Assembly: GCA_035631315.1 (NCBI GenBank)
Contig: DASQIZ010000069.1
Coordinates: forward strand, 409-64,408
Direction of reading: 5' to 3'
DNA length: 64,000 bases
From: Gemmatimonadales bacterium
GTDB taxonomy: Bacteria > Gemmatimonadota > Gemmatimonadetes > Gemmatimonadales > GWC2-71-9
Shown here one piece after another: positions 42,280-49,118 of this stretch; the stretch's first letter is position 1; every line of letters begins with the position of its first letter. Position numbers and translations under genes: made by a program. Under the pieces are notes generated by a model. It saw only the letters and a program-made list of their open reading frames with translations, was not told the origin of the DNA and ran no database searches.

Positions 42280-44280
42280 ATGAAGAAGACGTTGCTGAGC
42301 CTGGGCACGCTGTGCGCGTGCGCCACGTTCTCTTTGCCGGCGCAACAGAGCGACACGCTCCATGTGCACGGTGACAGCCTCAATCACCACCCCATCACCC
42401 TTGACGCGATCACGGTGACGGCGGCGCCCGTCAAACCGCACGAGCCCGCGACGACGGTGAAGATCTCGCCGTCCGTCATTCAGCAGACGCCGGCCACCGA
42501 CGCCTACGACCTGCTCCGGCAGGTCTCGGGGATCGAGGTGCACGAGCAGGGCCAGGGGCCCGGTTTCGCGTCGGACGCGTCGGTGCGCGGCTTTTCGTCG
42601 GACCACTCGACCGACATCGCGCTCTGGGTGGATGGCGTGCCGAACAACGAGCCCGTGAACGGACACGCCGAGGGCTACAACGACTGGAATCTGCTCTTTC
42701 CGGAGGCGATCTCGGAGATCGACGTCCTCAAAGGACCCACGAGTGCGGTGTACGGCAACTTCGCCTTCGCCGGCGTGGTGAACGTCCAGACGCTCGAGCG
42801 CACCGACGGAACGTCTCTCTATCTGGATCCCGGCTCGTACGGTCATTGGGGTGGAACGCTGCTCACGGGCTACGACCGGGGAACGAATGGCGGAGTCTTC
42901 GGCCTGCGCGGTGAGCATGAGGATGGCTGGCGGCCCAACAGCGCCTACGACCTCGGCCAGGCGCACGCGCGCGTGGTTCAGGGGCTCTCGTCCGTGACGA
43001 CGCTCGACGCCGGCGTCGAGCTGTACTCCACCCAGTGGAAATCCCCGGGCTTCCTCTCCGACAGCGCGTTCCAGGCCAGTGATTTCGGCCGGGTCGAGAA
43101 CCCGACCGACGGTGGCTACAAGCATCGCGCGCAGGAACGTGTGAGCTTCCGCGTGCTGGCGGGTCCCTCACTGCTCTGGCGGACGACGTTCTACTCCACA
43201 CAAGGCCGCTGGCAGCTCTACCTCACCATTCCTCCGGAGTCTGGTGGCGGCGAAGGCACGGGCAGTCAGACCGAGGAAGAGGACAAGCGGTACGGCCTGG
43301 GCATGACGAGCGCGCTGACCTGGTATCTCGATCGCGCGGAGATCACCGTGGGCACCGAAACGCGGTACGATCACTCGCGGTATGAAAACTGGTTCACGAC
43401 GGACCGCGTTCGCGATTCCGCCCAGACGCTGGTGAATGCGCATCAGGGCTCGGCCGCGCTCTTCGCCCAATCGAGCGAGGACCTCGGCCCGCACTTCCGC
43501 CTGTCCCTCGGTGGCCGGATCGATTTCCAGAATACCGGCGCAACACCGGACAGCGGCCCGGCCGCGAGTCACGGCAAGGCCATCTTCTCACCGAAGCTCG
43601 GCCTGCTCTATCACCTCCCGGTGGCGGGTGACGTCTACGCCAACGTGTCTCGCGGGTTCCGGCAGACCGACGGCGTGATCGAAAACCCATACCTGCCGTT
43701 CATTACGGTCTGGGCGTACGAGGCAGGCTTCAAGGTGGACGGGAGCGTCGTGAACGCGAGCATCGCGCTCTTTCGGAACGACGTGAGCAATGAGCAGACC
43801 TTCAATCCCATCCTCCTCACCAGCGTGAGCGGAGGCTCGAGCCGGCGCCAAGGCGTCGAGGTGGATTTCCTCGCGCGTCTGGCACCGTCGGTGCACCTCA
43901 CCGGTGACTGGACGGTCACAGACGCGAAGTACGACCACCTGATCACCGAGACCGGTGACACGCTGAACGGCGCGCGCGTCTTCAATACGGCGAAGTTCAC
44001 CGGCATCTCGGCGCTCGAAGTGGCGCCCGACAGCGCCCCCTGGCGGCTGCGGCTGTCGACGAACGTCGTCGGTCCATACAGCCCCCTTGATGAGCCGGGC
44101 GTGACTCTCCCGACCTATGCGCTGTTCCATCTGTCTGGTGGGCTACGGGTCGGGCGTTCCGAGCTGCAGGTGGGAGTCCGGAATCTCTTGAACCACGAGT
44201 ATCCGGAGCTGGAAGCGGGCGGGTTTGTGACGCCGGGTGAGCCGAGGTCCGTTTTCGGGACGATCCGCTACACGTTCTAA
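42280..44280 (+). CDS. TonB-dependent outer-membrane receptor (metal/chelate type suspected)
   Basis: Signal MKKTLLSLGTLCACATFSLPAQ, plug (DAITVTA..VSGIEV..VRGF..), barrel, and terminal ..GTIRYTF. There is a His run HVHGDSLNHH at the mature N-terminus. Confidence 0.85.
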   Translation: MKKTLLSLGTLCACATFSLPAQQSDTLHVHGDSLNHHPITLDAITVTAAPVKPHEPATTVKISPSVIQQTPATDAYDLLRQVSGIEVHEQGQGPGFASDASVRGFSSDHSTDIALWVDGVPNNEPVNGHAEGYNDWNLLFPEAISEIDVLKGPTSAVYGNFAFAGVVNVQTLERTDGTSLYLDPGSYGHWGGTLLTGYDRGTNGGVFGLRGEHEDGWRPNSAYDLGQAHARVVQGLSSVTTLDAGVELYSTQWKSPGFLSDSAFQASDFGRVENPTDGGYKHRAQERVSFRVLAGPSLLWRTTFYSTQGRWQLYLTIPPESGGGEGTGSQTEEEDKRYGLGMTSALTWYLDRAEITVGTETRYDHSRYENWFTTDRVRDSAQTLVNAHQGSAALFAQSSEDLGPHFRLSLGGRIDFQNTGATPDSGPAASHGKAIFSPKLGLLYHLPVAGDVYANVSRGFRQTDGVIENPYLPFITVWAYEAGFKVDGSVVNASIALFRNDVSNEQTFNPILLTSVSGGSSRRQGVEVDFLARLAPSVHLTGDWTVTDAKYDHLITETGDTLNGARVFNTAKFTGISALEVAPDSAPWRLRLSTNVVGPYSPLDEPGVTLPTYALFHLSGGLRVGRSELQVGVRNLLNHEYPELEAGGFVTPGEPRSVFGTIRYTF

Positions 44281-44291
44281 GCTTCGCGGCG

Positions 44292-44389
44292 AACAGCGCC
44301 GGGCCCTTCCGTCGTCTGCCGTGCGCGTTCAGGATCAAATCGGACCCCGTGAAAGGCGCACAGAGGCCGACTCCGGGCCCGGCGCTGTT
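44292..44389. terminator. perfect 15-bp inverted repeat (AACAGCGCCGGGCCC / GGGCCCGGCGCTGTT) spanning the convergent gene gap
   Basis: Arms at 44292..44306 and 44375..44389, 68 nt apart, with partial inner complementarity. They fill the gap between the TBDR stop (44280) and the B2-like stop (44396). Confidence 0.4.
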
Positions 44390-44395
44390 TACGTC

Positions 44396-44911
44396 TTAGC
44401 GAGTTGCCTCAAGCGGTTCAGGAAACCGGGCAATTGGCGTGTGGACTGCTGCATGGTCCTCGTCAGCTTCCAAGTATGGTCTGTCGCTCGATGTCAGCCA
44501 CGCGTGGGCGCTCACGTCGCCACCCCCACGAACGCCGATCCACAACTGAACTGGCCTGCCGGCGTGCCGCAGGAGCGCGTACAGCACCACGGCGCGCCGG
44601 AGGCAGGTTCGCCGCCAGGGCCACGGGAGTGCATTGAGGATCTTGTCGACCCACACGGCGAGTGCCTGGTCATCAAGAGACACCGAAGCCGGCGAGCTTG
44701 CCGAGATCAGCGGGAGGAGGCGGGACAGCGAGAAGATTTCGAGCAGCGGTGGCGCTGCGAGGGCGACGAGTAGTGCCCGGAGGCGCCAGACCGGCGGGAG
44801 CGTCAGTGCTCCGCGACGGGTGCGGGCTTCAGCGTCTTGAGCAGATCGACGGCGTGGTACCCGTTCAGGTCCGCAATGTAGAGCGAGTCGCCGTAGTTCA
44901 CGGTGGGCCAC
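44396..44911 (-). CDS. orphan lasso-peptide-type B2 protein homologue (Transglut_core3-like cysteine protease)
   Basis: ..WPWRRTCLRRAVVLYALLRHAGRPVQLWIGVR....SAHAWLT....YLEADED shows the Cys/His/Asp order and context typical of B2/McjB-C-terminal-domain proteins. The start is unresolved (GTG 44911, CTG 44806 or GTG 44683). Confidence 0.55.
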   Translation of the reverse strand: MAHRELRRLALHCGPERVPRRRSAQDAEARTRRGALTLPPVWRLRALLVALAAPPLLEIFSLSRLLPLISASSPASVSLDDQALAVWVDKILNALPWPWRRTCLRRAVVLYALLRHAGRPVQLWIGVRGGGDVSAHAWLTSSDRPYLEADEDHAAVHTPIARFPEPLEATR

Positions 44912-45837
44912 CGCTCTGGGTGATCGGGCACGAAGAGCGCCATCATCTCGCCCATCACGTCCCGCAGCGTGTCCCTGGTCGGATTCTCGTATGTCGCAAT
45001 CAGTCGATACGGATGCCCGGCATGGATTCTCAAGCCCCGGTCCCACAGCGCGAGGACATGGAACGGGAGCTCCTTGATCTCGCCCGAATCGCCGAGGACC
45101 GCATTGGTCTGCACCAGGACCTTGCCGGTCTCCGCATCTTCGAGCCGAACTCCCCGGCCATAGTCATGCAGGTGACCACCTGCGCCCAGGAGCCACCCTG
45201 AGAGCGGGAACGTAATGATCGCGGACTTCTCGTGGCGGCCGGGCGGCACATCGTAGGTGTTCGACTGACCGTAGTGCGCGTTCACGTCCAGGTTCACCGG
45301 GAACGTGGACAGTGGCTGTGGCAATTCGTTCGCCGGCAACCACAGGAGGTTGATCCGGAGATAGACGCCGTGCTGCGCGGTGGTCCCGCCGTTGTGCCAC
45401 ATGATGTACAGCGCGAGTCGCTGGCCCGGAGACAACGGCGTCCCGACCGACGCGGGAGCTACCACCGCCGCCGGCGTCAGCCCCGCCGCCGCCATCCGCT
45501 CGGCCACCGGATCGAAGAGCGTGCGGCGATCGAGGTTGATCAGGGTGAAGTGATGGAGCAGATCGCGCGGGAGCGGCTTGCCGTGCGCGTCGATCACCTC
45601 CGACTCGAATCCACGGAACCAACCCTTCACGGGCCAGGCGAACGCCTGCGCCAAGGTGTCGGGCATCATCGCATCCATCGACATGCCTTCCATCGGCGGC
45701 ATCGGCTCCAGGTCGAACGGACCGGCGACGACCACCACACGGTGATGTTTCTCGTCGAGGGTCACGCCCGGCTTCGGCGCCTGCGCGGACGCCGTGGCGC
45801 CCGCGAGCAGCAGTCCGATGGTCAGGAGACGACGCAT
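44803..45837 (-). CDS. secreted Met-rich protein, paralogue 1, with a PHM/DBH-like copper-ligand motif pattern
   Basis: Signal MRRLLTIGLLLAGATASAQA. Met-rich LEPMPPMEGMSMDAMMPD. HH95-96 (DLLHHFTL), H148, H222xH224 (GGHLHDYG), M295/298/299 (VMGEMMALF). The CDS call is solid; the function is inference. Confidence 0.5.
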   Translation of the reverse strand: MRRLLTIGLLLAGATASAQAPKPGVTLDEKHHRVVVVAGPFDLEPMPPMEGMSMDAMMPDTLAQAFAWPVKGWFRGFESEVIDAHGKPLPRDLLHHFTLINLDRRTLFDPVAERMAAAGLTPAAVVAPASVGTPLSPGQRLALYIMWHNGGTTAQHGVYLRINLLWLPANELPQPLSTFPVNLDVNAHYGQSNTYDVPPGRHEKSAIITFPLSGWLLGAGGHLHDYGRGVRLEDAETGKVLVQTNAVLGDSGEIKELPFHVLALWDRGLRIHAGHPYRLIATYENPTRDTLRDVMGEMMALFVPDHPERWPTVNYGDSLYIADLNGYHAVDLLKTLKPAPVAEH

Positions 45838-45838
45838 G

Positions 45839-46888
45839 CTAGCGACGGCTCCCTTGCATCGCGGCTCGGGAGGCCTGCGTCAGCGAGTCGGGCAACGTGG
45901 TGATGCCGTATGTCGCGAGGTCTGCCCAGAGATCTTTGCTCGCGTAGTCCATCTTCGGCCACTTCGAGAGGTCATCCGGCGCAAAGATCGCCATGATCTC
46001 GCCCATGGCTTCCGACAACGTGTCCTTCGTGGTGTTGTCGTATGCGGCGGTCATCGTGTAGGGATGATCGGCCTCGATGTGCAATCCCTGCCCGGTCACC
46101 GCGAAGAGTTTCCGCGTCATCCCGAGCATCTGTCCGGCCGAGTCGAGTACCGGGCGCAGCTCGAAGAGCACCTTCCCCGTCACGGAGTCCTGGAGCTTAA
46201 TGTAGGAGCCGTACTCGTGGAGGTGGCCACCGGCGCCGAGCATCCGTCCGGAAATCGGGAAGCGGAACGTGCGTGTGCGCTCGGTCCTGCCGGGGGGCAC
46301 GGGATACATGTTGTCCGCACCCGGGAAGAGGTCCACATCCATCACCACGGGGAGTGCCGAGGTGGGGGGCGGTTGCATGTTCGCCGGCATATAGAGAAGG
46401 GTGAGCTTGACGTACACCCCCTTCACGGTATCGGGGTGACTATTGAACCACATCATGTACACACCCATCCGGGTCCCGCGCGTGAGCGGAGCGCCGATCG
46501 ACTTGGGCGCGACGATGTCTTCGTTCTGGTAACGTGCCGAGGCGAGACGTTCGGCGAAAGCGTCAAAGAGCGTGCGGCGGTCGAAGTTGAGAAGAGTGAA
46601 ATGGTGGATCAGGTCGCGCGGCATGTCGCCGCCGGCGCCATTGATGGCCCTCACGTGGAAGCCGTAGAACCACCCCTGCTCCGGCCAGACGAAATACGAC
46701 GCCATCTCGCCCATGTGGTCCATGGACATGTCCATCCCCATCATCTCCATCCGGTGCCCCATCGGCGGCAGCGTGTAGGGTCCGGCGGTGATGGTGATGG
46801 TGTGGTGCTTCCGGTCGACGACGACTCCGGTCTTGATGGAGTCCGTCGCGGGAGCTAGGAGGGTCAGCGCAGCAAGTAGTGGCAGCAT
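45839..46888 (-). CDS. secreted Met-rich protein, paralogue 2, with a PHM/DBH-like copper-ligand motif pattern
   Basis: Alignable over its full length with paralogue 1. PPMGHRMEMMGMDMSMDHMGEM; HH95-96 (DLIHHFTL), H151, H222xH224 (GGHLHEYG), M295/299 (AMGEIMAIF). Its stop is 1 nt from the paralogue 1 start. Confidence 0.5.
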   Translation of the reverse strand: MLPLLAALTLLAPATDSIKTGVVVDRKHHTITITAGPYTLPPMGHRMEMMGMDMSMDHMGEMASYFVWPEQGWFYGFHVRAINGAGGDMPRDLIHHFTLLNFDRRTLFDAFAERLASARYQNEDIVAPKSIGAPLTRGTRMGVYMMWFNSHPDTVKGVYVKLTLLYMPANMQPPPTSALPVVMDVDLFPGADNMYPVPPGRTERTRTFRFPISGRMLGAGGHLHEYGSYIKLQDSVTGKVLFELRPVLDSAGQMLGMTRKLFAVTGQGLHIEADHPYTMTAAYDNTTKDTLSEAMGEIMAIFAPDDLSKWPKMDYASKDLWADLATYGITTLPDSLTQASRAAMQGSRR

Positions 46889-46896
46889 GTCAGCCT

Positions 46897-46922
46897 AACG
46901 CGTTGGTCGGGAGTCGGGTTCC
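46897..46922 (-). promoter_or_regulatory. ECF-sigma-like promoter candidate GGAAC-N17-CGTT immediately upstream of the paralogue operon
   Basis: The minus strand reads GGAACccgactcccgaccaacgCGTTaggctgacATG. The -10-like box ends 8 nt before the ATG and no SD is visible, so the transcript may be leaderless. Confidence 0.2.
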
Positions 46923-46972
46923 AGGCACGAAAATACAACGGAAGGGTGTTTCCCTGCAGTCCCAAGCACAGA

Positions 46973-46998
46973 GGCCCGGAAGCTTTCGCTCCCGGGCC
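46973..46998 (-). terminator. short GC hairpin downstream of the lipoprotein gene (GGCCCGG-N12-CCGGGCC)
   Basis: A 7-bp GC stem 20 nt after stop 47018 on the minus strand. The tail is only weakly T-rich. Confidence 0.3.
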
Positions 46999-47017
46999 CT
47001 TACGATCTAAGAGGACT

Positions 47018-47839
47018 TCAGGTCGTCTGGCTCAGCTGCACGCAGCGGCCCAGGAGTACGGGATCGCCAAAGGCGGTGCCATTACCGTCCGTGAAGGCTG
47101 CGAAGATCCATGGGTTTCCCCCCACCCCCCCGAGGACCGGTTGCTTCGGGAACGAGAAGTCCATGCCCGCCGGAAGAATCGTCATGGTCTGACTCCGCAC
47201 CGCGGAATGCGTCAGCTTCACGTTGTTGCTGAAGATCATCTGCATGCCCAGCCCTTCGAACGCCATGTCGGCATCCATGCTGATGAAGGGACCGGGATTG
47301 TTGTTGCACTCGGAGACCGCGAAGTCCGCGGAGACGTCGGCGCGCGGGTCTTGCGCGGAGGCAAAGTCGAGGCGCGAGCCCTGCACGCAGCGCCCCACAA
47401 AGATCGCGTCGCTTGCCGGCGCGCCGCTCGCGTCGATGAACTGCACCCAGATAAAGGGGTTGCCACCCACGCCGCCGAGCACCGGCTGCTTTGGGATGAC
47501 GATGTCCGTGCCCGCCGGCTGCAGAACGGTCTCGACATCCTTGTCCACCGTATACGTGTGGGTGTCCTTCAGATTGTTGCTGAAGAGCATGTCGACGCCG
47601 AACCCCGCCAACGCTGCGGTGCCGGAGAGCGTGATCTGCGGGCCGGGACTGTTGCTGCAGCCATCGATCGTGAGCGCGAAGTTCACGGGGACGGCAACTC
47701 CAGTGAGGCTGACATGCGGCAAGGACGACACGTTGCTCAGCGTAGACGTGCGGCTGGGGGCGGTTGGCAGGGCCGAATGCGGATTTTCACACGCGGCCAG
47801 CAGCAACACCCCAACTCCGAGATACAGGGTCCTCAACAT
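47018..47839 (-). CDS. lipoprotein with two tandem ~100-115 aa repeats of an unrecognised domain
   Basis: Lipobox LLLAAC. Start at ATG 47839 with GGGAGGA upstream. Repeat motifs: C-(S/N)N(S/N)PGP .. FSNN(L/V)K..TH .. PKQPVLGGVGGNP(F/W)I .. GRCVQ. Confidence 0.7.
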   Translation of the reverse strand: MLRTLYLGVGVLLLAACENPHSALPTAPSRTSTLSNVSSLPHVSLTGVAVPVNFALTIDGCSNSPGPQITLSGTAALAGFGVDMLFSNNLKDTHTYTVDKDVETVLQPAGTDIVIPKQPVLGGVGGNPFIWVQFIDASGAPASDAIFVGRCVQGSRLDFASAQDPRADVSADFAVSECNNNPGPFISMDADMAFEGLGMQMIFSNNVKLTHSAVRSQTMTILPAGMDFSFPKQPVLGGVGGNPWIFAAFTDGNGTAFGDPVLLGRCVQLSQTT

Positions 47840-48025
47840 TGGTTCCTCCCAAGTGGTGTGGTCCGTCACGGGACGCACCGCCGTGGGGGGCAATCGGCAT
47901 GCCTAGGGAAATACCTCCGAGTATTCCGCCTAACGCGCCGACGCATCGCGCGCACGCCACGGGGCAGCGCGGCAGCAGACGCGCTGCGGCGTTCTCAGAG
48001 AAATGGGTCAGACGTCCGAGTGGGG

Positions 48026-48088
48026 TGCCCGAGGAGAGAGTCGAACTCTCACGGCGTTGCCCCTCCTCCGCGAATGCCATTCCGGCGG
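48026..48088 (-). pseudogene. decayed tRNA-Leu copy (T-arm, variable arm and 3' acceptor retained; anticodon arm and 5' acceptor lost)
   Basis: 48026..48054 is identical to 49119..49147. 37 of 38 nt are identical through the variable arm, and the D-loop GGAATGGCA is also retained. No anticodon stem-loop and no complementary 5' acceptor strand. Confidence 0.7.
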
Positions 48089-49065
48089 CGCGTGGCGGGG
48101 GGCGCGAAGTTAGGCCGCTTGGGAGGACAGGTTGTGATGGGGACGGAGCCCGACCCGGCACAGAACACGCCTTTCAGGCCGTCTGCAAACATACCGGTGA
48201 GGGTACTGAGGTAGAAGGACGCGCCCGCCCCGATCGTGCTGCATAGTGTTCCACCGTTGAGCGACACATCGGCCGACTCGAGATCGGTCAGAGTGACGTT
48301 GGTGACGTAGACCTCGTCCACACCCTGCCCCGTGTTCTCCAGGCGCCCGAAATCCAGGTGCGCCGTCAACCCGACGGTGGGGATGGACCCGGCCGCGGTA
48401 TTCACCGCGAGGCCGCACTGGATGCCCGCGGCTTCGAGCGGGATATCCACGGTGGTCGACACGGCCAGGCGGGCCGTGATGTCGACCTGGAGCGCGACAG
48501 GATTCCCCGCCACCGCCAGGCTCTCTCGGACCACGGTCACCGCGACCGGAGACCCGGGAACGCCGCCGGAGCAATTGACGGTGATGGTTCCGCCGCAATT
48601 TGCCGCGACGGTGAACGCCGATCCGGTGAGAAACTCGCCCACGGCGTACGCGGTGACGGAGTCCGCCGACAGCGGGCGCGCGTAAGCGAAGGCCTTGAAC
48701 GTCGTGCTCTCCGCTCGGACCGCCAGAACCGCCACCGCCCGCTGGAGGCCCACCGTGTCCCCCATGGTCCAGAGGGTCGTCGCTCGACCCAGCGAGTCGG
48801 TGGAAGCCGATGGGGTGCCGACGCTCCCGCCCCCCGACAGTACGGCAAAGGACACCGGGACATTCGGCACGCCGTGGCCGCTCGAGTCCATCACCACGGC
48901 CACGAGCGGCTTCGCCAGTGACGCAGCCCAGTAACCGGTCTGCGTGTCCCCTGCCGCCGTGACGACGGCGACGGGCACGTGCGACGTGTTGGAGGGACCG
49001 GTGGCGGTCGAGGAGCACCCACCGAGGACGAACCCGACGAGAGTGGCAGTGAGTTTGGCGCGCAT
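48049..49065 (-). CDS. lipoprotein with N-terminal Ig-like (Big-type) domain, function unknown
   Basis: Lipobox FVLGGC. Ig-like segment ..VAVVMDSSGHGVPNVPVSFAVLSGGGSVG..TDSLGRATTLWT... The last 13 codons and the stop lie inside the tRNA relic. Confidence 0.65.
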   Translation of the reverse strand: MRAKLTATLVGFVLGGCSSTATGPSNTSHVPVAVVTAAGDTQTGYWAASLAKPLVAVVMDSSGHGVPNVPVSFAVLSGGGSVGTPSASTDSLGRATTLWTMGDTVGLQRAVAVLAVRAESTTFKAFAYARPLSADSVTAYAVGEFLTGSAFTVAANCGGTITVNCSGGVPGSPVAVTVVRESLAVAGNPVALQVDITARLAVSTTVDIPLEAAGIQCGLAVNTAAGSIPTVGLTAHLDFGRLENTGQGVDEVYVTNVTLTDLESADVSLNGGTLCSTIGAGASFYLSTLTGMFADGLKGVFCAGSGSVPITTCPPKRPNFAPPATRRRNGIRGGGATP

Positions 49066-49118
49066 GTCGGGCAGGATGGAGACGACCCGTCACCTGCGCG
49101 TCACTGGAGGTCGCTGGA

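Noticed and set aside
44396-46888. Calling the operon a bona fide lasso-peptide biosynthetic gene cluster
   Set aside because: No asparagine-synthetase-like cyclase (C), no PqqD-like RRE (B1) and no short precursor ORF are present in or around the operon. Only the B2-like protease is lasso-related.
48064-49118. Intact integrative element or prophage between the tRNA-Leu and its relic
   Set aside because: The segment holds a single lipoprotein gene. There is no integrase, excisionase or phage gene anywhere in the window, so only a decayed scar or a local duplication can be claimed.
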